Shown: positions 13,267 through 22,903 of the stretch, in pieces | Layout: every line of letters starts with the position of its first letter | Position numbering within the stretch: the stretch's first letter is position 1 | From: a virus | Taxonomy: Duplodnaviria; Heunggongvirae; Uroviricota; Caudoviricetes | IMG/VR virus record: IMGVR_UViG_2778261572_000014 | Strand: one strand, 5' to 3' | Length of the DNA stretch: 24,652 nt | The notes under the pieces: generated by a model | The model's database searches: none | What the model was told of the DNA's origin: nothing | Seen by the model: the letters and a program-made list of their open reading frames with translations, nothing else | Position numbers and translations under genes: made by a program

Positions 13267-15017
13267 CAGAACTCCATAACCGTGAAACGCTCGTTTTCTC
13301 CTTCGCCGCCAATCGGTTCATTAATGACAGCAAGCATGGTTGCCCACGCAAGGTCGCCGTGGCTGATCCCCCTCGCTCGGTCCGTTTCGTAAGTGATAAA
13401 GCCGCCCGGTGTTTTCACCTTACGTACGGCGTTAAAGGCCGCGACCAGCTCGCGTTCGGCACGATCGTATTCCCACCGCCCGGCACGCATTATTTGCAGC
13501 ATTTTCAGTACCAGCGACCGTTTTGATGACAGCGTGAAGGTGTACGGAATAGCAGCAGGGAAAAACCGTTTCACTATCTGATAAACGGCATCCCCGTGCC
13601 CGCCAGTCGCATCAATGCCGATGTGTTCCACGTTGTAGCGACACGTGAACTCTTCAATGACTCTGGCCTGTTCTTCAAACTCCAGCCCCTGAACGCGTCG
13701 CGTCTCCACCGTTCGAAAACGGCCACCAGGAACAGCCGGAGGAACCACCACGGACACCGCGCCGCTGTCGCCGTTTCCACTGCTGCCGTTTGCGTCATAC
13801 CCAATCCATACCGGACGATTCCCCATCGGGCGGGGAGCAAAAGGTTTCCAGTCTTTCCAGTCGTCGTATCCGTCAACACCGCAGCCAATCAGGATATTCA
13901 GGTTAAATGCCGATTCCCCTTCGCGGACAAACTCACACATATAGAGATTGCGGAACTCGTCTTCGGTGTTTTCATCACGAATTTCATCAATATCGGTGTG
14001 TTTCCAGCCGTGATTAACCACATCTTCCAGCGTGACAATTTGCCGCCACGTCCGGTCGGGGCAGATAAGTCCGTTATGCAGCGTTTTCCAGTCCACAGAA
14101 AAACGCTGGCGTTTATGCGCGGCCTTTTTCTCGTTCCAGCGGTCGCCGTTCCAATAGACGTATGCCTCGTGCGTTTCGGTGGATGGCGTGGAGAAGTAGG
14201 TGCGCCGCAGTCCGCTGAGGGTTGCCATAGCGCCAGCCACCTTGCGCAGTTCAGCAAAGCGACTGACCCAGAAAAATTCATCAAAATAAAAATTGCCTGT
14301 GTAGGACTGTGCCGTCGCAGCAGAAGTACCGAGAAAATGCAGTTCTGCGCCGTTGGAGAGGATGATTTTATCGCCCCCTTTCAGCTCCACATCAACTTCA
14401 GCCGCGGCCTTCTGAATAATGCTTTTAAACTGGAACGCCTGACGACGCGACGCAGACAAAAAAATCTGGTTACGCTGGTAAGGTTGTGCCACATCGTCAC
14501 GCAGCGCCATCAGCAGTGCTTCCTGTGCAAAATACCAGGTCGCCCCAATCTGTCGGGATTTCAGGATCATCCTGTTACGTATCCCGGCTTCACTGCAAAG
14601 GGTCAGGGAGTCAAACCAGCCCCGCTGATGCCACTCCAGCCTGCTGATGATTTTTTCCCGCAGTGCGGCAATCTGCTCCGGCGTGAAATGATTTTTAAGT
14701 TTTTTCGCCCGGCCTTTCTTTCCTGTGGCCGTCGCATCCGGCTGGCCATCATGCAGTTTTTTAAGCTGCCGGGTCAGCAGGTCTATTTCCTTAAAGTCAC
14801 CACCTGTTTTATTCTGTTTTTCAGTAAGCTGGATGAGGCGCGCATCGATGGACTGCGTGACACGCTGCACGGGTGGCGTTTCATCCCACTGGTCGCGTTT
14901 TTTCCACGCATAAATCGTGTTCGGGTTTATTCCCATCAGACGTGATATTTCTGCGGGCGGATAACCCTGCCAGTAAAGTTGCCGCGCACGCTGGCGCACA
15001 AAAGCGTCCTGAATCAT
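13266..15017 (-). CDS. P: Terminase large (ATPase) subunit, P2 gpP family
   Basis: 583 aa (P2 P about 590 aa), divergent from O as in P2. Confidence 0.85.
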   Translation of the reverse strand: MIQDAFVRQRARQLYWQGYPPAEISRLMGINPNTIYAWKKRDQWDETPPVQRVTQSIDARLIQLTEKQNKTGGDFKEIDLLTRQLKKLHDGQPDATATGKKGRAKKLKNHFTPEQIAALREKIISRLEWHQRGWFDSLTLCSEAGIRNRMILKSRQIGATWYFAQEALLMALRDDVAQPYQRNQIFLSASRRQAFQFKSIIQKAAAEVDVELKGGDKIILSNGAELHFLGTSAATAQSYTGNFYFDEFFWVSRFAELRKVAGAMATLSGLRRTYFSTPSTETHEAYVYWNGDRWNEKKAAHKRQRFSVDWKTLHNGLICPDRTWRQIVTLEDVVNHGWKHTDIDEIRDENTEDEFRNLYMCEFVREGESAFNLNILIGCGVDGYDDWKDWKPFAPRPMGNRPVWIGYDANGSSGNGDSGAVSVVVPPAVPGGRFRTVETRRVQGLEFEEQARVIEEFTCRYNVEHIGIDATGGHGDAVYQIVKRFFPAAIPYTFTLSSKRSLVLKMLQIMRAGRWEYDRAERELVAAFNAVRKVKTPGGFITYETDRARGISHGDLAWATMLAVINEPIGGEGENERFTVMEF

Positions 15018-15171
15018 TGCTCCCCCTGAGTAATTACAGGAAGATTACCCGCGCGCGAAACCGTTCTCCTTAACCCCCTGTTCTGGCCGTTTCCTTACAA
15101 CAAAAGACCTTTGTATCAGCCTGTTACGCTTTGCCATCATGACTGAAGAACCAGTCAGAGGGGCAAAAACT
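15018..15171. promoter_or_regulatory. Divergent late promoter region (P-Q leftward, O-N-M-L rightward); Ogr-type activation expected
   Basis: 154-bp gap between divergent P and O starts, the position of the P2 PP/PO late promoters. Contains a TGT...ACA dyad, TGTTCTGGCCGTTTCCTTACAACA, with non-canonical spacing. Confidence 0.4.
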
Positions 15172-16008
15172 ATGGCTAATGAAAAAAAGACATCCCGCAA
15201 AAAGTTTCGCGTGGCTGTCTCCGGATCAACTGTTGATGGCCGTGAAATCAGTCCGGTGCATCTGCGTGAAGCCGCCGAGAACTTCAACCCGGATGTTTAC
15301 GCTGCCCGCGTGAACGTTGAGCACTATCTCTCGCCATGCCCGTCAAGCGAATTTTCCGCAATGGGCGATGTCACCGCACTGAGTACGGAAGACATTACGG
15401 AAGGTCCGCTGGCCGGACGTACTGCGCTGTATGCAGAAATCGAACCGACCGAGCGCATGAAGCAGCTTGTCGCGGACGGCAAGAAAATCTATTCCAGTAT
15501 CGAACTGCACCCGCAGTTCTCCGTTAACGGGCGCGCCTATCTGGTCGGGCTGGCGATGACCGACACCCCGGCAAGCCTGGGCACTGAGCGCCTGAAATTC
15601 ACGGCACAGCAACGTCAGGCGGTGATGACGTTCAACAGTGTCCAGGGTGAAGCACCGCTCATTTCCGAAGCCATCGAGTCTGAAATCATCGAAATGGCAG
15701 AACAACGCCAGGAAGAAGGCACCCAGTGGTTTAACCGCGTAATGGGGATTATTGGTCGTGGCCGCAAAGCGGATGACGCCAGTTTCTCCCGTATTCAGGA
15801 AGCGGTGGAAGGCGTCGCAACGTCACAGGCCGACATTATCGACCGTTTTAATGTGCTGGAAACCCGCCATCAGCAGGACCGCCAGAAAATCACGTCACTG
15901 ACCACAGAGCTGACAGCACTGAAGGAAAAACTGCGCACGCAGGACGGCGATCCGCAGAACCGGTTCACCGCAACGGGCGCAGCCTCCGACCAACTGGCTG
16001 ACTTCTGA
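15172..16008 (+). CDS. O: Capsid scaffold protein, P2 gpO family
   Basis: Start chosen at ATG 15172 (MANEKKTSRKKFRVAVSGSTVDGREIS), which aligns with the remembered P2 O N-terminus; the track start 15139 is 11 codons upstream. YLVGLAMTDTPASLGTERLKF matches P2 O. Confidence 0.85.
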   Translation: MANEKKTSRKKFRVAVSGSTVDGREISPVHLREAAENFNPDVYAARVNVEHYLSPCPSSEFSAMGDVTALSTEDITEGPLAGRTALYAEIEPTERMKQLVADGKKIYSSIELHPQFSVNGRAYLVGLAMTDTPASLGTERLKFTAQQRQAVMTFNSVQGEAPLISEAIESEIIEMAEQRQEEGTQWFNRVMGIIGRGRKADDASFSRIQEAVEGVATSQADIIDRFNVLETRHQQDRQKITSLTTELTALKEKLRTQDGDPQNRFTATGAASDQLADF

Positions 16009-16031
16009 TAAGACAAAGGAGCAAATTTTTT

Positions 16032-17084
16032 ATGAATCTGGTGATGTCAGATAATGCCCGTAACAAGCTGGGCTGCTACATGACGCAGCAGGCGTCGCTT
16101 AACAATATCCCGGTTTCTGCGCTGGTATCGCGATTTACCGTCAATCCATCGGTACAACAGCGTTTTGAAAACGCTTCAAAGGAAAGTACCGAATTTACGA
16201 AAAGAATTAACGTAATCGGTGTAACTGACCAGAAAGGCGAAAAAGTTCTCCTGGACACCACCGGGCCGATTGCGCGCACGAATACCAGTTATGACGGCAC
16301 AGATCGCCGTAATCCGATTAACGCTGTCGATATGAAGGCTCGTCAGTACCAGTGTGAACAGGTGAACTACGACACCTTTATTTCGTATCCGAAGCTTGAT
16401 GCCTGGGCGGCTCACAGCGATTTTCAGTCGCGCATCAGCACACAGATTGCCCGGCAGGTGGCGCTTGACCGCATCATGATCGGCTTTAACGGCACATCAC
16501 ACGCGGAAAAATCCAATTTCAGCACCAACAAGCTGCTTCAGGACGTTAACGTGGGCTGGCTGGAGCACATCAGAACCGATGCCAGTGAACGCGTAATGAA
16601 TGACGTGACGCTGACTTCCCGCAACATGGACAACACCGTGGCGCACGCGGGTAAGTATGCGAACGCTGATGCACTCGTACAGGACGCGCGCTCATCCCTG
16701 CTGGATGAATGGCACAAGGAAGCAGACGACCTCGTGGTGATTATGGGGCGCAACCTGTTTAACTCGCTGCGTCTGCCCGTTCTGAACAGCATCAGCGGCC
16801 AGAATCCCAATGCGGAATTACTCGCCGGACAGCTCATCCTGTCATCGCGCACCATTGGCGGGCTGGATGTATTCCTTGCGCCGTTCTTCCCGGATGCAAC
16901 GATGCTGATTACCTCATTCAACAACCTGTCAATTTACTGGCAGAGAGGCTCAATGCGTCGCCTGATGAAAGACGAGCCGGAATACAACCGTATCGCCACT
17001 TACCAGTCCATCAATGACGCTTATGTCGTTGAAGACTATGGCAAGTGCGCGATGGTCACTGGCCTGAAGTTCGCCGACAGCTAA
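16032..17084 (+). CDS. N: Major capsid protein, P2 gpN family
   Basis: 350 aa, ATG with AAGGAG upstream. RFTVNPSVQQRF, IMIGFNGTSHAEKS, GWLEHIRTDASERVM, YVVEDY track remembered P2 N. Confidence 0.9.
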   Translation: MNLVMSDNARNKLGCYMTQQASLNNIPVSALVSRFTVNPSVQQRFENASKESTEFTKRINVIGVTDQKGEKVLLDTTGPIARTNTSYDGTDRRNPINAVDMKARQYQCEQVNYDTFISYPKLDAWAAHSDFQSRISTQIARQVALDRIMIGFNGTSHAEKSNFSTNKLLQDVNVGWLEHIRTDASERVMNDVTLTSRNMDNTVAHAGKYANADALVQDARSSLLDEWHKEADDLVVIMGRNLFNSLRLPVLNSISGQNPNAELLAGQLILSSRTIGGLDVFLAPFFPDATMLITSFNNLSIYWQRGSMRRLMKDEPEYNRIATYQSINDAYVVEDYGKCAMVTGLKFADS

Positions 17085-17093
17085 TCAACTCAC

Positions 17094-17112
17094 GGCGGGC
17101 ATCATGCCCGCC
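17094..17112. other. 19-bp palindrome between N and M (stem-loop; possible attenuator or processing site)
   Basis: GGCGGGCAT-C-ATGCCCGCC, 10 bp after the N stop; no U-tract. Confidence 0.3.
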
Positions 17113-17129
17113 TGTAACGGAGAGAAAGA

Positions 17130-17930
17130 ATGATTACCCCTGCACAGCAACACTGGCAGAACGTGATGGCGCAGCGCGCAGGCCGGGCGAATGAAGGCGT
17201 GGATCACGCCGCACGTACCGCGCATGAAGAGGTGCTGTATCGTCTGCGTCTGGCACAGGCCCGACTTAAGGGCGTACAGGCCAGAAGCGCCAAAGCCGCC
17301 ATCAAAAAAGAGTTGTTACCGGACTTTTCCGGCTGGATTGAAGGAACGCTGGAGGCTGACGGCGGGCAGCAGGATGAGGTGATTGCCACGCTGATGGTGT
17401 GGGCGATTGACTGTGGCGATCTTCCGCTGGCATTGCGTATTGGTGCGTATGTGGTCCGTCACAACCTCATCATGCCGGATAACTTTGGCCGTACTGCTGC
17501 CACAGTGCTGACCGAAGAAATCTGCAACCCGGTACTGACGCAGGCCGGGACGGATGCCGACGCGGATTTGTCCGCCTTTATCGAACCACTGGACACCCTC
17601 CGGGAGATTGTCACCGACCAGGATATGCCGGACGAAGTACGCGCCAAATTATGCAAGGCGTGCGCCTTTGCCCGCCGTGGCCTGAGCGATGCGGACAGCA
17701 TGGCCCTGTCACTGAAGCTGCTGCGCGAAGCGATGCACCTGAACCCGAACGCAGGTGTGAAACGCGAGATTGCAACCCTTTCCCGCGCCCTGAAAAAAGC
17801 CGATTCCGCAGCCGCCCCAGATGACGCCAGCGCACAGCAGGCGCAGGACGAAAGCAGCAAAAGTAAAAAGACAACGCGGAAGCCTGCAACACGAAAAACC
17901 ACCGCGACGCAGAAGGCGAAGCGCGTTTAA
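17130..17930 (+). CDS. M: Terminase small subunit, P2 gpM family
   Basis: 266 aa. N-terminus MITPAQQHWQNVMAQRAG and internal MPDEVRAKL parallel remembered P2 M; basic K/R/T-rich C-terminus. Confidence 0.85.
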   Translation: MITPAQQHWQNVMAQRAGRANEGVDHAARTAHEEVLYRLRLAQARLKGVQARSAKAAIKKELLPDFSGWIEGTLEADGGQQDEVIATLMVWAIDCGDLPLALRIGAYVVRHNLIMPDNFGRTAATVLTEEICNPVLTQAGTDADADLSAFIEPLDTLREIVTDQDMPDEVRAKLCKACAFARRGLSDADSMALSLKLLREAMHLNPNAGVKREIATLSRALKKADSAAAPDDASAQQAQDESSKSKKTTRKPATRKTTATQKAKRV

Positions 17931-18031
17931 CGACTGACCCCGTCAGCGGGCGGCGTGCACGGTGTTCCGGTTTGACTCCGTGACCGTTTACACCGCGCAC
18001 CCACCGCCCGATTTTTTCAGGAGTGAACCCC

Positions 18032-18526
18032 ATGAGTATGGTTGCCAGAACTGACCCCAGACCCGCAGAGGACGACATCACCGATACCGATGATGGCGAC
18101 ACTCGCATTTCAGCGGGCGCATTCTGGCCGGATATTGTGCTGCGAGATCTGCGTCTGGCGGTACGACTGCCGGGGCGTGTGACCACCTCCCGCCTGCTGC
18201 ATACCGCCACCGGGGCCGTGGCACACGTTATCCGCGAGCTGGAAGCGTGGCAGCAGGAACAGCAGGCGGCTGGCCATCAGACGCTGGCCGATGTTCCGGC
18301 ACCCGTAATTAACGGAGAAAGCGTCAATCTCTGGCACTGGCGTAATGCCGTTTATACCGCCACACGCGCCCTGATTCTGGAGCGTTACCGCGATGCGGAC
18401 ACAACGGATAAAGGCGAGCGCCGGGCAGACGCACTGGACGCACAGGCTGCGGATCTGTGGCGCGATGTGAGCTGGGCCATCTCTGACATTCTGTGCCGCC
18501 CGCGAATCTTTGCGGAGTTGTGCTGA
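18032..18526 (+). CDS. L: Head completion/stabilisation protein, P2 gpL family
   Basis: ATG 18032 with AGGAG 8 nt upstream; the track start 18023 is a GTG. LADVPAPVINGESVNLWHWRNAVY...ILERYRDADTTDKGERRAD matches remembered P2 L. Confidence 0.8.
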   Translation: MSMVARTDPRPAEDDITDTDDGDTRISAGAFWPDIVLRDLRLAVRLPGRVTTSRLLHTATGAVAHVIRELEAWQQEQQAAGHQTLADVPAPVINGESVNLWHWRNAVYTATRALILERYRDADTTDKGERRADALDAQAADLWRDVSWAISDILCRPRIFAELC

Positions 18527-18726
18527 TGAAAGTGAAGGCACTGGAAGGCGACACCGTGGATTCGCTCTGTTTCCGGTACTACGGCACGACGCAGGGCGTC
18601 ACCGAAAAGGTGCTGGATGCCAACCCCGGACTCTGTCAGCAGGTATTTCTGGACGCCGGGCAGGAGGTGGAGATGCCGGAGCCGGAGAAGAAGAAACGAG
18701 AAATGATTCAGTTGTGGGGGGAGTAG
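18526..18726 (+). CDS. X: Tail protein X, P2 gpX family
   Basis: 66 aa. MKVKALEGDTVDSLCFRYYGTTQGVTEKVLDANPGL matches remembered P2 X. ATG overlaps the L stop. Confidence 0.8.
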   Translation: MKVKALEGDTVDSLCFRYYGTTQGVTEKVLDANPGLCQQVFLDAGQEVEMPEPEKKKREMIQLWGE

Positions 18727-18728
18727 CA

Positions 18729-19052
18729 GTGAGCACCATTCAAACAGGGATCACAGAGCAGGTTATTGCGTGGCTCTTTGACCACCTGCCAACGGTGTAT
18801 GCAGTAGGCGCGGCGGTCAGCATTTCCGCGCTGATGAGTCTTTATGACGGACGAACACTGGTTCAGACCGTAACGGGATCGCTGGCGTGCGGCGTTCTTG
18901 CCATGGCCGTGGCCGGGTCGTTGCGCTTCTTCGGGTTTCCTGAAGATGCCGTGACGTTTATCGGCGCATCAATCGGTTTTATGGGTGCAGAGAAAGCACG
19001 CGACAAGGTTATTGCGGCCTTTAATCGCAGGGTGAAGGAGAAGGACGAATGA
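18729..19052 (+). CDS. Y: Holin (P2 gpY position)
   Basis: GTG start 18729 with GGGGGAG upstream. About 107 aa with hydrophobic segments (AVGAAVSISALM, LACGVLAMAVAG); lies directly upstream of the endolysin. Confidence 0.6.
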   Translation: MSTIQTGITEQVIAWLFDHLPTVYAVGAAVSISALMSLYDGRTLVQTVTGSLACGVLAMAVAGSLRFFGFPEDAVTFIGASIGFMGAEKARDKVIAAFNRRVKEKDE

Positions 19053-19441
19053 GCAACACATTTAAATTCAGCAGCCGGAGCGAAAAGAATTTGCAGGGCG
19101 TAAATCCTGATCTGGTGAAAGTGACCCGACGGGCACTGGAAATCTCGGAAGTGGATTTTGGTATCACCGAAGGGTTGCGCAGCCGTTACCGCCAGAAGCA
19201 ACTGGTGGCCACGGGTAAGAGCCAGACCATGAACAGCCGCCACCTTACGGGGCATGCCGTGGATGTTGTGGCTTATATCGGCAGCCAGGTGTCATGGGAA
19301 TGGCCGCTGTACGAAAAAATCGCAGCAGCATTCAGACAGGCCAGCCGGGAACTGAATATTCCGGTGGAATGGGGCGGCGACTGGAAGACCCTGAAAGACG
19401 GACCGCATTTTCAGTTACCACACGGAGCCTATCCGGCATGA
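19049..19441 (+). CDS. K: Endolysin, peptidase M15 family (L-alanyl-D-glutamate peptidase type)
   Basis: 130 aa. MSNTFKFSSRSEKNLQGVNPDLVKVTRRALEIS...SRHLTGHAVDV...GPHFQLP follows the pattern of small M15 zinc peptidase endolysins such as T5 endolysin; not the lysozyme found at P2 K. Confidence 0.8.
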   Translation: MSNTFKFSSRSEKNLQGVNPDLVKVTRRALEISEVDFGITEGLRSRYRQKQLVATGKSQTMNSRHLTGHAVDVVAYIGSQVSWEWPLYEKIAAAFRQASRELNIPVEWGGDWKTLKDGPHFQLPHGAYPA

Positions 19442-19845
19442 AGCTCTGGCCCACGCTGGGCGTCGCTTTCCTTCTGATTGCTGGATGGGGAACATCCATG
19501 CGTCTGTCGTGGTCGCTGGGCCGGGAGAACGCCAGAAACGAAGCGCAGGCCAGCACCCTGAAAAGTACCGCCGACACCCTGAATATTATCAGCGCCGGGG
19601 TACAGGATATGCAGCAGGTGCTGGCGCAACTCCGCGTGGAAAATCAGCAACGCAATCAGGACGGAGAGGCCAGACGTGAACAGCTACGCAACGATATTGC
19701 AAAAGATGAATGCGCCCACGCTTTGCCTGACGCTCGTTTTACTGACAGGCTGCGCAGGCACGCAGAACGCGCCACTGCCAGCGCCGTCAGTCCGGCTTAT
19801 ACCGCAGACGCTGACCATACCGGTAACGCCGCCCCCCTTCCCTGA
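19438..19845 (+). CDS. lysB: Rz-like inner-membrane spanin (P2 LysB position)
   Basis: ATG 19438 overlapping the K stop. N-terminal TM segment (LWPTLGVAFLLIAGWG), then a Q/R-rich coiled-coil-like region. Confidence 0.65.
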   Translation: MKLWPTLGVAFLLIAGWGTSMRLSWSLGRENARNEAQASTLKSTADTLNIISAGVQDMQQVLAQLRVENQQRNQDGEARREQLRNDIAKDECAHALPDARFTDRLRRHAERATASAVSPAYTADADHTGNAAPLP

Positions 19846-19996
19846 CACTCCCACATGGGGAAATCTCGGTATATGGGGCGACCGCCTTCTGGATGCACTG
19901 GAAACCTGTAACGCGGATAAACGGGCCATTGAATTACTGGAACAGCGCAGGCTGCAACGACTGAACAACGAGGATAACAACCATGCTGAAAACTGA
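19676..19996 (+). CDS. lysC: Rz1-like outer-membrane lipoprotein spanin (P2 LysC position), embedded in lysB in another frame
   Basis: GTG 19676 with GGAGAG 7 nt upstream (alternative ATG at 19706). Lipobox LLTGC after a hydrophobic stretch; proline-rich mature region. Confidence 0.6.
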   Translation: MNSYATILQKMNAPTLCLTLVLLTGCAGTQNAPLPAPSVRLIPQTLTIPVTPPPFPDTPTWGNLGIWGDRLLDALETCNADKRAIELLEQRRLQRLNNEDNNHAEN

Positions 19997-20450
19997 TTCC
20001 CTGCGTGAAACCATGACCCGTTCATGCCGATGGTGTCAGGCTAACCCGGAAAAATTCACCATTTTCGTGGAGAGCGGCAACATTGAAACGACCGGAGAAA
20101 CACCCTCGTTTGTTTACCGCTATCAGATGGTGATGTTTGTCATGGATTACGCCGGAGAGCTGGACGACCTCACGCTGCCGCTGCTGGCGTGGTTATCCGA
20201 AAATCAGCCACAGTTGTTGCTCAATCCGGAGCGTAATCAGGACATCAAATTTTCCGCCGTTATCAATGACGATGACAGCGCCGATCTCCTGTTTACGCTC
20301 CCCTTGCGGGAACGCGTTCGCATTACGCGCAGCAGTCAGGGGACACCGCAGGCAGAACACCTGCCGGAGCCAAAATCCCGTCTGCCCTCTTCCGAAGGCG
20401 ACTGGTCGCATGTATTCCAGGATGTGACGTGGGGTGAAAGCGATGGATAA
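19983..20450 (+). CDS. R: Tail completion protein, P2 gpR family
   Basis: 155 aa, the same length as P2 R. MLKTDSLRE...PLLAWLSENQP matches remembered P2 R (MLKPDSLRR...PVLAWLRENQP). Confidence 0.85.
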   Translation: MLKTDSLRETMTRSCRWCQANPEKFTIFVESGNIETTGETPSFVYRYQMVMFVMDYAGELDDLTLPLLAWLSENQPQLLLNPERNQDIKFSAVINDDDSADLLFTLPLRERVRITRSSQGTPQAEHLPEPKSRLPSSEGDWSHVFQDVTWGESDG

Positions 20451-21078
20451 GGCATTCACCCGCGTGGATGAAACCTTTGAGGCTATCCACGACAGCCTGA
20501 ATCAGCAGGCCATCAATAACATCGCCAGAAAGCTGGCACAGGATTTACGTCGCGCCCAGCAGGCACGTATCCGGTCACAGAAAGCGCCGGACGGGACCGC
20601 ATGGACACCACGCAGACGCCGCGTAACCCGGATACAGGAGCGCATTCGCTTTATCTGGAATAACGAAGCACGCACGCTGAAAAACTGGCATCACGACACG
20701 GGGAAATACGGGCGAACCATTACCGGGTGGGATGAGGATAAAAACAATATCCGCACGTTTTACCGGGATGACATCGACCGTTTTCTGGAAATACGCACCC
20801 GGCGCATCAACCAGGACAGCACAAAGCGCGTCCCCATGTTCGTAAAACTGCGCACCGCCCGCTACCTGAAAGCCCGTGCAGATGCTTCCGGTGTGACGGT
20901 GGGTTACAGCGGCGTGGCTGCACGTATTGCACGCGTTCATCAGTTCGGTGAGCGCGATCAGGTTGCGCCGGGCATTTTCACCGATTACCCGGTACGTGAG
21001 CTGCTGGGTATCAGCCAGACAGATGAACGCCTGATTTATAACACGGTGCTGGGCCGGATTGCGGAGGCTGTACGGTGA
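20443..21078 (+). CDS. S: Tail completion/virion morphogenesis protein (P2 gpS position)
   Basis: ATG 20443 overlapping the R stop (the track uses GTG 20434). 211 aa, longer than P2 S (about 150 aa). Confidence 0.7.
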   Translation: MDKAFTRVDETFEAIHDSLNQQAINNIARKLAQDLRRAQQARIRSQKAPDGTAWTPRRRRVTRIQERIRFIWNNEARTLKNWHHDTGKYGRTITGWDEDKNNIRTFYRDDIDRFLEIRTRRINQDSTKRVPMFVKLRTARYLKARADASGVTVGYSGVAARIARVHQFGERDQVAPGIFTDYPVRELLGISQTDERLIYNTVLGRIAEAVR

Positions 21079-21656
21079 GCGCAGAACTCATGCGGCTGCT
21101 GAGCAACATCATCCGCACCGGGATCATCTCTGAAGTTGATGAGGAATCCTGGTGCGTGCGCGTTCGCAGCGGCGAACTGGAAACAGGCTGGCTGCGCTGG
21201 AACACCACGCGCGCGGGTGCCTTCAATGTGTGGTTGCCGCCATCACCAGGCGAACAGGTGGTAATTGCCTGCATTGGCGGCAACCCGGAAACCGCCATGA
21301 TAATTGGCAGCCTGTGGAGTGATGCCAGTCCGGCCCCCGGCAAAAGCCTGAAAGAAATCGTGATCAGCGCGCCGGATGGCGCGGTGTTCCGCTACGACGC
21401 GGACGCAGGCGCACTGAGCGCCAGCGGCATGAAAACGGCCACTTTACAGGCATCCGTCAGCGTGACACTGGACACGCCCGTCGTGGAATGCACAAACCTT
21501 CTGAGAACAGCGACGCTTGACGTCACAAAAGGAGGAAAGATGAGCGGCAATATCACGCACAGCGGCGGCGATTTCACCTCAAACGGCATCACAGTGCATA
21601 CGCATAAGCACGGTGGCGTTAAAGGTGGCAGCGATTCGACAGGAGGCCCGCAGTGA
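21075..21656 (+). CDS. V: Baseplate spike/assembly protein, P2 gpV family
   Basis: GTG start with GGAGG upstream. NIIRTGIISEVD, PSPGEQVVIACIGG, TLDTPVVECTNLL, HTHKHGG parallel remembered P2 V. Confidence 0.85.
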   Translation: MSAELMRLLSNIIRTGIISEVDEESWCVRVRSGELETGWLRWNTTRAGAFNVWLPPSPGEQVVIACIGGNPETAMIIGSLWSDASPAPGKSLKEIVISAPDGAVFRYDADAGALSASGMKTATLQASVSVTLDTPVVECTNLLRTATLDVTKGGKMSGNITHSGGDFTSNGITVHTHKHGGVKGGSDSTGGPQ

Positions 21657-22003
21657 CAACCCGCTACACAGGAATGAACCCGGACGGAACGGGAAACCTG
21701 AACGATATGGAGCACCTGAAACAGTCAGTCAGGGACATCCTGACCACCCCGCTGGCCAGCCGGGTTATGCGACGGGAATATGGCAGCCTTGTGCCTGATT
21801 TGATTGACGAACCCATGAATAACACCACGCGTCTGCAATGCATGAGTGCTGCCGTGATTGCGCTGACACGATGGGAACCCCGCATTGCCCTGGACGCCAT
21901 CGACGTTGTCTGGAAGGCAGGAGGCCGCGCCGGGGTGACGCTGTCGGGCACTGTCATGCAGACCATGCAGAATGTTGAATTAACCATCACGCTGAGAGAG
22001 TAA
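21653..22003 (+). CDS. W: Baseplate wedge protein, P2 gpW (gp25-like) family
   Basis: GTG start with AGGAGG 6 nt upstream. MTTRYTGMNPDG...RVMRREYGSL matches remembered P2 W (MTARYLGMNRSDG...RVMRRDYGSL). Confidence 0.85.
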   Translation: MTTRYTGMNPDGTGNLNDMEHLKQSVRDILTTPLASRVMRREYGSLVPDLIDEPMNNTTRLQCMSAAVIALTRWEPRIALDAIDVVWKAGGRAGVTLSGTVMQTMQNVELTITLRE

Positions 22004-22006
22004 ATC

Positions 22007-22903
22007 ATGCCTGCTGTTGACCTTTCCCAGTTACCGGAACCCGCCATCATCGCGGAGCCTGATTTTGAGGCAATTCTGGCTGACACAAAGGCCATGATGA
22101 TTGCGTCCTATCCTGCCGAACAGCGTGAAGCCGTCTCCGCCGCGCTGGAGCTGGAATCGGAACCCCTGAACGTTATCGCTCAAACCATGTCTTTTCGTGA
22201 AATGCTGTTACGCCAGCGGGTTAACGAGGGCGCACGCGCCTGCATGTTAAGCCACGGTTCAGGGACAAACCTGGACAACCTCGCGGGCAATATGAACACA
22301 AAGCGCCTGGTTATCACTCCGGCAACGGATACCACCGACGCGGTGATGGAGAGCGACACCTCGCTGAGATTGCGGGCGCAACGGGCGTATGACGGCCTGA
22401 GTGTTGCTGGCCCGTCAGGTGCATACGAGTATTTTGCACGCAGCGCCAGCGGTCTGGTGCGTGATGCGCGGGCCATCAGCCCGTCTCCGGCCTGTGTGAC
22501 GGTTTCCATCCTGTCCACTGAAGGCGACGGCACAGCAACGGAGGCGTTGCTTAATACCGTTCGCGCCGTTCTGAATGCAGAGGATACCCGCCCGGTGGCC
22601 GACCGCCTGACCGTACAGAGCGCCAGAATCGTGACATGGCGGCTGAATGCAAAACTGTACTTTTACCCCGGCCCGGAATCCGAACCTATTCTGGCCGCGG
22701 CTGAATCGTCGTTCAGGAAGTGGCTGGCTGAGCAGGGGCTTATCGGTCAGGACGTGGCGTTGTCCGCCATTGCTGCCGCACTGCATGTGCACGGTGTGCA
22801 ACGCGTGGAGATAATCGAACCCACACAGAATATGGCCATCAGCGACATACAGGCGGCGCGCTGTGAGTCATTCACCATCAGCGAAGGTGGGCGCAATGAG
22901 TAA
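22007..22903 (+). CDS. J: Baseplate protein, P2 gpJ family
   Basis: 298 aa (P2 J about 302 aa), in conserved order after W. Confidence 0.8.
   Translation: MPAVDLSQLPEPAIIAEPDFEAILADTKAMMIASYPAEQREAVSAALELESEPLNVIAQTMSFREMLLRQRVNEGARACMLSHGSGTNLDNLAGNMNTKRLVITPATDTTDAVMESDTSLRLRAQRAYDGLSVAGPSGAYEYFARSASGLVRDARAISPSPACVTVSILSTEGDGTATEALLNTVRAVLNAEDTRPVADRLTVQSARIVTWRLNAKLYFYPGPESEPILAAAESSFRKWLAEQGLIGQDVALSAIAAALHVHGVQRVEIIEPTQNMAISDIQAARCESFTISEGGRNE

Noticed and set aside
13596-14945. 449-aa plus-strand ORF
   Set aside because: Antisense to the conserved terminase large-subunit gene P; junk-like composition.
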